Below, piece after piece: positions 1-6,725 of a stretch of 32,000 nucleotides of DNA; position 1 is the first letter of the stretch, and each line of letters starts with the position of its first letter. Source of the stretch: Planctomycetales bacterium (GTDB taxonomy: Bacteria > 4484-113 > JAFGCY01); contig CP060262.1 in NCBI GenBank assembly GCA_022646745.1, forward strand, positions 330,001-362,000, written 5' to 3'. Under the pieces are notes generated by a model. That model searched no databases and was not told where the DNA came from. It saw only the letters and a list, made by a program, of their open reading frames with translations. Position numbers and translations under genes: made by a program.

Positions 1-41
1 TACGCCGGGGTATGGGGGATGGTTTCGCGAAGGAAGGAATT

Positions 42-1049
42 TCAGCCGAAGACCAGCGGGAATGAGCGCTGGATGAACCAGAAGGCCCCGCTGATGCCGA
101 TCACGTAGGCCGGTGACTCGCGCAGCCAGAGCGGGGCGCGCATGCTGAGCCGGCGCAGCGGCCAGTACAGCAGGAGCAGCATGCCGACGAAGGCCAGCTG
201 GCCCAGTTCCACGCCGACATTGAAGCTCAGCAGCGACAGCGGGATCTCCACGCGCGGCATGCCGATCAGGCTCAGCCCGCCGGCGAAGCCGAAGCCGTGC
301 AGCAGGCCGAACACGAAGGCCACCAGCCAGGGCATGCGGATCGCGAGGCTGGTCTCACCCTTCATGCGGTGGATCACCTCCGGCCCGAGCAGCAGGATGC
401 TCAGTGCGATCAGGGCCTCGATCGGGGCCGGCGGCAGGTTGACAACACCGAGTGCCGCCAGCGCGAGCGTGATGCTGTGCGCCAGCGTGAATGCCGTGAC
501 GGTCTTTATCAGCTGCCGGGCCCCGCCCACGATCAGCAGCAGGCCGAACACGAACAGCAGGTGGTCCGCACCCTTGAGGATGTGCTCGAAGCCCATCACG
601 ATGAACTCAATGCTGCGCTGTTGCCAGCCGCGCTCTCCGCTCAGCTCGAATCGCGGGTCGGTCGAGCGCACCAGCGCGCTGTAGTTGCTGCCATCCAGCC
701 GGCTGACGCGCACGAACACCTCGGTGACCATCCCCTCCAGCCCCGGGAAACTGACAACGCTACCATCCAGCCTGCCCGGTTCGATGGCAACACTGCGGAT
801 CTCCAGCTCGCCGTCACTCAGGCTGCGGCGCTGCACGGGCGTGCTCTCCAGCCAGTCCGCGGGCAGCTCAAGGCTGACCGGGTAGCCCTCCGGGCCGGTC
901 GGCGGCGGGGTCTTCCAGCTCACACGGAACTGAGTTTCATCCAGCTGCGTGATGTTCAGCACGCATGGCTTGCTTTCATGCGCCAGTGCCGGCCTGGCCT
1001 GGGTTGCCAGGGCCGCGAGCAGCAGGATTGCCAGCCAGGCCTGCTTCAC
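42..1049 (-). CDS. HupE/UreJ-family (HupE_UreJ_2-like) integral membrane protein with signal peptide and N-terminal periplasmic domain
   Basis: 335-aa ORF. Signal peptide MKQAWLAILLLAALATQARPALA. The motif GFEHILKGADHLLFVFGLLL is followed by several hydrophobic helices, as in HupE/UreJ metal-transport proteins. The GTG start overlaps the stop of the upstream ORF (GTGA at 1046-1049). Confidence 0.75.
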   Translation of the reverse strand: MKQAWLAILLLAALATQARPALAHESKPCVLNITQLDETQFRVSWKTPPPTGPEGYPVSLELPADWLESTPVQRRSLSDGELEIRSVAIEPGRLDGSVVSFPGLEGMVTEVFVRVSRLDGSNYSALVRSTDPRFELSGERGWQQRSIEFIVMGFEHILKGADHLLFVFGLLLIVGGARQLIKTVTAFTLAHSITLALAALGVVNLPPAPIEALIALSILLLGPEVIHRMKGETSLAIRMPWLVAFVFGLLHGFGFAGGLSLIGMPRVEIPLSLLSFNVGVELGQLAFVGMLLLLYWPLRRLSMRAPLWLRESPAYVIGISGAFWFIQRSFPLVFG

Positions 1050-1984
1050 TCGGCGGCCCCTTCTTCCGGTATATCCTCGCTTGCCAGCTGCGCCATGTCG
1101 AAACTGTCAACGCTGACCTCGTACTGCTGCTTCACGCCCTCGAGTGCGGCATCGAGCTTCTCCCGCTGCTGTGCCTCGATCCAGTCCCGCTCGACATCCT
1201 CGCGGATCTCCCCCAGCTCCAGCGGCCGGCCCTCCCGCCGCTCCTCGATGAACACGAGGTGCACGCCGTAACTGCTTTCCACCGGCCCGCTCCATACACC
1301 GACGGGGTAGTCCCTGATCGCATCCGCGAACATCGGGTCGAACTGCCAGCCGATTTCGCTGAGCGCCACCAGTGGCAGGCGCGGCGGCAGGCTGCCCGCA
1401 TCGCTCAGCTCCTGCACCAGCCCGAGTTCCTCGGTGCCAGTCAGCTGCTGCTTCAGCAGTTCCGCATCCAGCAGCGGCTCAGCGCGCTGCAGCGGGTCGA
1501 GGTAGATCTGCATCAGGCTCAGCGAATCCTCCGTGCGGTAGCGCTCGGGATGCTCTTCAAGGAACTGCTGCAGCTGCCCGTCCGTCGGCGTGGGCGGCTC
1601 GCTGCCGTCATCCAGCAGCAGCTCATACTTGCTGCGCAGGTGGTCACGGATCAGCTGGTCGTCACGGTCCAGGCCCATTCCGCGTGCCTCGCGCACGCAG
1701 ACCTCCGTGCGGATGTAGTCGTCAATCAGTTCCTGCAGCTCAGCCTGCGTCGGCTCACGGTCGAAGTCGCGCACGAACCCGTGGTACATCACCGCGATGC
1801 GCGGGCGGTCGACCGTGATCTCGAACTCGCCCTCATCCGCAGGCTGCTGGCGCAGGTTGCTCAGCAGGAACAGCAGGCCGCCGACCAGGATGAAGTGCAC
1901 GATCGGCTCGCGCCAGAAAGAATGCGGCCGCGCTTCCGCACCACCGCCATCGCCTGCCTGGTTCAGTTTCTGGTTATCTGCCAT
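1046..1984 (-). CDS. Membrane-anchored PpiC/parvulin-type peptidyl-prolyl isomerase-like protein
   Basis: 312-aa ORF with one N-terminal TM helix (PIVHFILVGGLLFLLSNL). The C-terminal segment SGPVESSYGVHLVFIEERREGRPLELGEIREDVERDW resembles rotamase (PpiC-type) domain proteins. A 4-nt overlap with the downstream HupE-like gene indicates an operon. Confidence 0.6.
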   Translation of the reverse strand: MADNQKLNQAGDGGGAEARPHSFWREPIVHFILVGGLLFLLSNLRQQPADEGEFEITVDRPRIAVMYHGFVRDFDREPTQAELQELIDDYIRTEVCVREARGMGLDRDDQLIRDHLRSKYELLLDDGSEPPTPTDGQLQQFLEEHPERYRTEDSLSLMQIYLDPLQRAEPLLDAELLKQQLTGTEELGLVQELSDAGSLPPRLPLVALSEIGWQFDPMFADAIRDYPVGVWSGPVESSYGVHLVFIEERREGRPLELGEIREDVERDWIEAQQREKLDAALEGVKQQYEVSVDSFDMAQLASEDIPEEGAAE

Positions 1985-2013
1985 GTCTCCTGCCGGCCCT
2001 GACCGGATTGCAG

Positions 2014-2019
2014 ATTATG
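2014..2019 (-). promoter_or_regulatory. Candidate -10 box (CATAAT on minus strand) for the ppiC-like/hupE-like operon
   Basis: Plus-strand attatg at 2014-2019 lies 30 nt upstream of the ATG at 1984. It is an isolated AT-rich hexamer in GC-rich DNA. No convincing -35 was found. Confidence 0.3.
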
Positions 2020-2030
2020 GCGCATGTCCG

Positions 2031-2159
2031 GGAGCTACCCGCTTTAGCGGTAGAACGGAGCTGCGGCGCCAGCCGCACAACGGAGGCCAAGCTGTAAGCT
2101 TGGCGTCTGCCAGGCAAACTGCCTGGCCTCCAACATGTCCCTGTAGCTCTAAGAGCTAC
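2031..2159. repeat. Cluster of short palindromic (REP-like) hairpin modules, including a nested two-hairpin module
   Basis: ggagctacccgctttagcggtag (2031-2053). tgcggc/gccgca hairpin (2062-2077). Outer stem ggagg/cctcc (2082-2131) encloses gccaagc-tgtaa-gcttggc and gccaggca-aac-tgcctggc. gtagctc-taa-gagctac (2143-2159). Related copies occur at 12201-12245, 14203-14220 and 14411-14429. Confidence 0.8.
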
Positions 2160-2271
2160 ACTCCACCCTCTATTGCGCCCAGGGCCCACAGCTACTAAGA
2201 ACTAACAACTTCTTCCACTATTCGAACTACCCAAACCATCCCGAAGCCTGCGAAGCTCTGCTTCGCGGCTC

Positions 2272-2327
2272 CCCTGCCTTCTGCCTGTTGCCTTTTGCCT
2301 TCTGTTCCCCGTTCCCTGTTCCCTACT
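2272..2327. repeat. Single-arm heptanucleotide array (NNCTGCC dialect) abutting a stop codon
   Basis: ccctgcc ttctgcc tgttgcc ttttgcc ttctgtt ccccgtt ccctgtt ccctact. The period is exactly 7. The last unit contains the minus-strand TAG stop (2323-2325). Confidence 0.8.
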
Positions 2328-2784
2328 TCATCTCCTCTATCAGCGAGCGCATCTTCTCCGCGCTGACCCCGCTCGAACGCCTCACTTCAATCACGCCGTC
2401 CGGCTTGCCATCCCCGTCCACATCCTGCCCGGCTGCCATATCCTCCCCGAAGCCCAGCAGGATGTAGTCCTTCACGTCATAGCCGTCATGCACCGCGATG
2501 TAGCACACGTTGCCAGCCGCCAGCTCGCCGGCGGTGAAGGCCACCGGATGCATCTCAGTGCGGTCGTAGGGATTGATGAGCGCCATGTTCTGCCCGTCCT
2601 TCATCAGGTCGGCGTTCAGCGTCTCCGGGTACAGCCCGCCATTCTGCCGCGCCCAGTCCAGCAGGTTCTGCTCAATGGTGGCAATGTGCGCCTTGAGCTC
2701 CATGTCCGCCGGACTGCTCGCCGCTGGCTGCTTGCAGCCGGCCAGCAGGGCCAGCAGCGCAATCGCAATCCAGTAAATCTTCAT
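2323..2784 (-). CDS. Small lipoprotein of unknown function
   Basis: 153-aa ORF with lipoprotein signal MKIYWIAIALLALLAGC. A purine-rich SD (gggggaa) lies upstream of the ATG. The segment IEQNLLDWARQNGGLYPETL weakly recalls pseudopilin-type folds, with no firm family call. Confidence 0.7.
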   Translation of the reverse strand: MKIYWIAIALLALLAGCKQPAASSPADMELKAHIATIEQNLLDWARQNGGLYPETLNADLMKDGQNMALINPYDRTEMHPVAFTAGELAAGNVCYIAVHDGYDVKDYILLGFGEDMAAGQDVDGDGKPDGVIEVRRSSGVSAEKMRSLIEEMK

Positions 2785-2973
2785 GTCATTCCCCCTTCGC
2801 CTGTCAGCAGGCCCGGCAGCCTTCCCGCTGCCTGATCCACTCTAGCACCACCTGTGCAGCAGGCCAATCCTGCGCCTCCAGGGGTAGCACTTCCCAGCGA
2901 TGCTAACATTGCAGCGCGCAACACCTGCCGGAAAGCGGACCAGTATCACCTGGCAGGCTTGACCAGGAGCTAC

Positions 2974-3684
2974 ATGTCAACTCAGGAAACACAGACCCGC
3001 AGTACCGGCGGGGTGAAGCGGGTACGCCTCGTGCTCGCCGCCCGCGAGCACCATTATGCTGACGTCCACACCTACCACTTCAGCGCGGACGAGCCGCTGC
3101 CCTACAACGCCGGGCAGTACGTGCATGTCGCCCTCGAGCTGGCCGACCCGGATGCCAAGCGCGTGCGTGAGCTGTCATTCTCATCCGCGCCGCATGAGGA
3201 GCATGTCAGCTTCACCATCGACGGCCGCTCGCGCTCACCCTTCCAGTTGCATATGCTGGCAATGCAGCCCGGGGACAGCCTGCAGCTGTTCAAGTCCAAG
3301 ATGCATATGCTGTGGCCGGTGATCGAGGAATGCGTGGTGTTCATCGCAGGCGGCGTCGGCGTCACGCCCTTTCGTTCGATGGCGCTGGACAAAGAGCACA
3401 GCAGGGTGCGGATGCGGATGGAGCTGATCCACGCCGCCGGCAGCGAGCACCTGTTCGCCGACGTGCTCCAGCCCCTGATGGATGAATACATCGCCACCGA
3501 CCGTGCGGGTCTGGCCGGCGAAGTCACGGCCTGCATCGAGCGCAACCCGGATGCACGCTACTACATCGCGGGCTCACCGGGCTTCGTGGAGGGCATGATG
3601 CAGCAGCTAGAGGCGGGCGGCATCAGCCCAAAGAAGATCGAAACGGACGAGTTCAAGGGCTATGTGGAAGAATGGCAGGAGTAG
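2974..3684 (+). CDS. Ferredoxin-NADP reductase-like FAD/NAD(P)-binding oxidoreductase
   Basis: R-x-[YF]-S type FAD motif (RELSFSS) and NAD(P) motif FIAGGVGVTPF. I place the start at ATG 2974, preceded by AGGAG at 2965-2969, rather than at the GTG 2854 of the ORF track. Confidence 0.8.
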   Translation: MSTQETQTRSTGGVKRVRLVLAAREHHYADVHTYHFSADEPLPYNAGQYVHVALELADPDAKRVRELSFSSAPHEEHVSFTIDGRSRSPFQLHMLAMQPGDSLQLFKSKMHMLWPVIEECVVFIAGGVGVTPFRSMALDKEHSRVRMRMELIHAAGSEHLFADVLQPLMDEYIATDRAGLAGEVTACIERNPDARYYIAGSPGFVEGMMQQLEAGGISPKKIETDEFKGYVEEWQE

Positions 3685-3686
3685 TT

Positions 3687-3791
3687 GTCAGACTACAGAC
3701 ACCAGACTTCAGAAATCAGACTTCCGAATTCAGATACCAGACGTCAGAACAACCTGAAATCTGGCGTCTGTAGTCTGACCACTGACCACTG
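3687..3791. repeat. Heptad-periodic hairpin element (NNCAGAC dialect) between convergent genes
   Basis: 15 consecutive 7-nt units in one phase. 3687-3706 pairs with 3760-3779 (19/20 bp) and the stem extends through 3708-3712/3754-3758. The element lies between the stop of the FNR-like gene and the 3' end of tRNA-Val. Confidence 0.85.
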
Positions 3792-3797
3792 GAGTAA

Positions 3798-3874
<77 letters not shown>

Positions 3875-3879
3875 GGATA

Positions 3880-3953
3880 TGGAGGCGGCGGGCGGAATCG
3901 AACCGTCGATAAAGGATTTGCAGTCCTCTGCCTTACCACTTGGCTACGCCGCC
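3880..3953 (-). tRNA. tRNA-Cys (anticodon GCA), CCA encoded
   Basis: The reverse complement is GGCGGCGTAGCCAAGTGGTAAGGCAGAGGACTGCAAATCCTTTATCGACGGTTCGATTCCGCCCGCCGCCTCCA. The acceptor stem is GGCGGCG/CGCCGCC, the anticodon loop is CTGCAAA, and discriminator U73 is typical of tRNA-Cys. The T stem has one A-C mismatch. Confidence 0.9.
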
Positions 3954-3994
3954 GGGTGCCCTTCCCACGGGACGGCCCGCAGGGGGGAAGAAGA

Positions 3995-4022
3995 ATTATA
4001 ACACTGCATCAGGGCGGCGCAA
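3995..4022 (-). promoter_or_regulatory. Candidate sigma70-type promoter for the tRNA-Cys/tRNA-Val unit
   Basis: On the minus strand, TTGCGC (4017-4022) is followed by a 16-nt spacer and TATAAT (3995-4000). The predicted start is about 35 nt upstream of tRNA-Cys. Confidence 0.45.
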
Positions 4023-4051
4023 GCGGCCCAGCGATGAGAAAAGAGCGAAGA

Positions 4052-4160
4052 GCCTGAATAGCAATGAGCAATGAAGAGTGAGCAATGATCCAATGGAGAA
4101 GCGGGGTCACCTCCCCCTGGTCAGGCTCATTGCTCATCACTCATTTCTCATTGCTCAGCC
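4052..4160. repeat. Heptad-periodic hairpin element (GAGCAAT/ATTGCTC dialect)
   Basis: Left-arm units are tagcaat gagcaat gaagagt gagcaat and right-arm units are attgctc atcactc atttctc attgctc. 4079-4088 pairs with 4127-4136. The core 4060-4088 is 28/29 identical to the reverse complement of 12332-12360. Confidence 0.85.
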
Positions 4161-4185
4161 AGTCACGCTAAAGCGTGACAGGCTG

Positions 4186-4222
4186 AAAAAAAACTCCCCG
4201 GAGCTACTACCCTCCGAGGAGT
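4186..4222 (-). terminator. Rho-independent terminator of the 758-aa lipoprotein gene
   Basis: The minus strand reads ACTCCTCGGAG-ggtagtag-CTCCGGGGAGT followed by T8 (plus-strand A8 at 4186-4193). It lies about 60 nt downstream of the TAA stop at 4283. Confidence 0.65.
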
Positions 4223-4282
4223 CTTGTAAAGAGTTGGTGATTCGGGACCCGGGCATGCCCGGTCCAAAACTACTACCTTGGG

Positions 4283-6559
4283 TTACAGGCCGATCGGCGG
4301 AGCCGGATCGGTCGTGGTGCCGCCGTCATCGTCCACCGGGAAGCCGGGTTCGATGAAGATCGGGCCACCGCCACCGCCGCTGCCGCCGGGGGCGCCGATG
4401 GGCCACATCCAGAAGTCCATCTCCTTGTCGTACATGTCCGGCCAGATGCGGATGAAGATGTCCTCGTAGCCACCCTTCTGGATCAACAGGTTGTACTCAA
4501 CCTCAGCCAGCGTGGTGCTGTAGCGGCCGTTGGAATCACTCAGCACGTGGCTGAAGTAGCCACCGCCGAGCTGCTCGTCAGTCGGGGTGAACACCATGTC
4601 TGCGCCGGCGATCGTCGAGTCGTCAAAGCCATCGTAGACCGTGCCGCTCTTGTTTCCGGTGTTGACGTCCGGGGCCTCATAGGTCTCCAGCACGAGGTTC
4701 ACGTTGCTGGCCTGGCCGTCACGGATCTCGACCATGATGCCCTGCGTCAGGTGGCCGTTGCGGTAACCGCTGACCAGCCACTCGCCGGTGGGCACGTTGT
4801 CAATCACGAACTCGCCGTTGGAGTTGGTGTAGGTGAAGGGGTCGACGTTGGGCTGCGTGGCATTCACCAGCGCATCCGGGATCGGGTTGCCATCCTCGTC
4901 GGTGACGCGTCCCTCGACGCTGCCCACCGGGACCTCCGGCAGGGTGATGGTCACCTCGTTGGCGGCCGCCTCCTCCTCCACGGTCACGTCGGCGCTGTAG
5001 GAGATGTGGCGGTAGGCGCTGGCGAACACGTAGTACGGTCCGGCCGGCACGTCCTCGAAGCTGAACTCGCCGTTGTCATCCGCCCAGCCGCTGTAATAGC
5101 CGATGAAGTCCGGGGCCACCATCGAGCTTGAGCGTCCGTTGCGCTGCTCCCAGAGGAAGCGCTGCAGCATGTTGTTGTCAAACTCGCTGCTGTTCTGGCT
5201 GTTGCCGTCGCTGTTGGTGCTGCCCTCGGCGAAGTCCGCCGCGGGGGCCATGAAGCCGTCGTCACTGCCGCCGGTGCTGAAGTCCTCACCGCGGGTCTGC
5301 GGCGGGGCCGGGGCACCGAACTCATTGAAGATCTCCACGCCGTCCTCGAACATCATGTCGAGGTCCACCGCGCCGGGCACGGCGATGCCGCCGCCGAAGC
5401 CGCCACCGAACACGTACTCGACGTAGGCACCCTTGATCGGGTTGCCATCGCCGTCAACCACCACACCGCTGATGTCGGTGTAGACGATCGGCTGGATCTC
5501 GATCTCGAGGTCCAGGTCGCTCGTGCGGTTGTAGATGTCCTCGGACAGGCTGGCGTTCAGGTAGCCATCCTTGTAGACGCTGATCCAGGCGCTGTAGCCG
5601 GCCACGCCGTCGGGGAACTCGAAGTTGCCGTCGGCATCGGTGGTCACTTCCTGGTACTGCGGCTCGTAGCGCCAGTAATCCTCATACGGGGCGGAGGTCA
5701 TCGCCTCACGGCCGTCGCTGCCGCCACCGCCGAAGCCGGGGTCGCTCTGGCCGCTGTCCACCACGCCGGTATCCACGTCATCCCACTTGATGTCGTCCTC
5801 GAAGGGCATCGGCATCGGCTCGGGGATTCCGAAGTAGCCGGTATCGACCATCATGCTGACGGTGGCATCCGCCACGCCGGCACCGGTCTTCTGGTCCACC
5901 ACGCGGCCCGTGACGGTGATGCCCTCGCCGCTGCCAACCTGGCCCTTGCGGGTCAGCTCGATGTTGCGCACGCTGGTGTCACCCTCGGCGATGCGGACCA
6001 TCGCCATGCCGGGGTAGTAATCCTCGGTGTTGGCCACGATGTTCCAGGTGCCGGCAGCGACGTTGGAGAAGCTGTAGACACCACCGCTGCTGTGCGTCGT
6101 CTGCACGCCGCCGGCCTCGGAGAAGATGGTTACTTCCACGCCGTTGAGGCCCGCACCGGACTTGTCGTCGGTGACGGTACCGCCAAGGCTGCCCGTGCCC
6201 TCATTCACGGTCGGGTCAAAGCGGATCACCAGGTTCTGGTTGTCCAGCGGGACCACGCTGCGGCTGCCGATGACGACACCGTTGGTGCCGAGCGAAATTT
6301 CGTTCTCCGCGTTCACGCCGCGCGGGAACTGACCGCGCTGCAGGGTGAAGTTACCGTTCGCATCAGTGCTGATGCCGGTATCCACGCCCTCGACGCGCAC
6401 CTGCATGTTGCTCAGCGGTGTGCCGTTGTTTCCGTAGGCGACTGCGGTCATGCGCTCGAAGCTGTCCGGCGGCGTCGCCGGGCCTCCTGAGCCTCCGCAG
6501 GATGAAAGCAGCGCGGCAATTGCGGCCAGCGCCACCCATACGATTTTCACTGTCTTCAT
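4283..6559 (-). CDS. Large surface lipoprotein with multiple carboxypeptidase-regulatory-like (CarboxypepD_reg) beta-sandwich repeats
   Basis: 758-aa ORF with lipobox LLSSC and a Gly/Ser tether. Repeated signatures include GTVTDDKSGAGLNGVEVTIF, GRVVDQKTGAGVADATVSM, GVVVDGDGNPIKGAYVEY, GRVTDEDGNPIPDALVNA and GTVYDGFDDSTIAGADMVF. GGAGG lies 7 nt upstream of the ATG. Confidence 0.8.
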   Translation of the reverse strand: MKTVKIVWVALAAIAALLSSCGGSGGPATPPDSFERMTAVAYGNNGTPLSNMQVRVEGVDTGISTDANGNFTLQRGQFPRGVNAENEISLGTNGVVIGSRSVVPLDNQNLVIRFDPTVNEGTGSLGGTVTDDKSGAGLNGVEVTIFSEAGGVQTTHSSGGVYSFSNVAAGTWNIVANTEDYYPGMAMVRIAEGDTSVRNIELTRKGQVGSGEGITVTGRVVDQKTGAGVADATVSMMVDTGYFGIPEPMPMPFEDDIKWDDVDTGVVDSGQSDPGFGGGGSDGREAMTSAPYEDYWRYEPQYQEVTTDADGNFEFPDGVAGYSAWISVYKDGYLNASLSEDIYNRTSDLDLEIEIQPIVYTDISGVVVDGDGNPIKGAYVEYVFGGGFGGGIAVPGAVDLDMMFEDGVEIFNEFGAPAPPQTRGEDFSTGGSDDGFMAPAADFAEGSTNSDGNSQNSSEFDNNMLQRFLWEQRNGRSSSMVAPDFIGYYSGWADDNGEFSFEDVPAGPYYVFASAYRHISYSADVTVEEEAAANEVTITLPEVPVGSVEGRVTDEDGNPIPDALVNATQPNVDPFTYTNSNGEFVIDNVPTGEWLVSGYRNGHLTQGIMVEIRDGQASNVNLVLETYEAPDVNTGNKSGTVYDGFDDSTIAGADMVFTPTDEQLGGGYFSHVLSDSNGRYSTTLAEVEYNLLIQKGGYEDIFIRIWPDMYDKEMDFWMWPIGAPGGSGGGGGPIFIEPGFPVDDDGGTTTDPAPPIGL

Positions 6560-6725
6560 GTAGTACCTCCCGCAGTACTAAAAAGAGCGATGCGTGCCAC
6601 TTGGCACGGGATACAGTCTGCACTACAGGCGTATTCTATCCGGTTACCACAGTTTGTGGGGTACCAGTTGGCCAGTTTTTGCGGGTAACCGGTCCAATCC
6701 AGTCTGGATCAGGCCTCAGGCCCCG

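Noticed and set aside
297-2002. Long plus-strand ORFs (297-1271, 965-2002 and others) antisense to the hupE-like and ppiC-like genes
   Set aside because: These are typical shadow ORFs of high-GC coding DNA. The translations are Arg/Ala/Pro/His/Gln-rich with no motifs, whereas the minus-strand ORFs carry recognisable family signatures and coupled start/stop signals.
2082-2131. Cloverleaf-like nested hairpins as a tRNA or tRNA-like gene
   Set aside because: The element is only 50 nt with two arms and has no T-loop (TTCRA), D-loop or anticodon-loop features. It belongs to the recurring palindrome family.
2854-2973. GTG 2854 as the start of the FNR-like gene
   Set aside because: The extra 40 residues are low-complexity and precede the domain. 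ATG 2974 has an AGGAG 5 nt upstream.
3687-3791. Heptad tracts as a CRISPR array or as microsatellite slippage tracts
   Set aside because: Units are 7 nt with no spacers, so this is not CRISPR. The units are degenerate rather than identical, and they are organised as complementary arms with words conserved between loci, so this is not a simple slippage microsatellite.
4078-4356. 92-aa plus-strand ORF, plus small ORFs at 12139-12408, 12346-12552, 14086-14295, 14338-14712 and 6418-6858
   Set aside because: They run through hairpin/heptad repeats, a terminator or the ends of better-supported genes. They have no RBS, and their low-complexity translations derive from the repeats.
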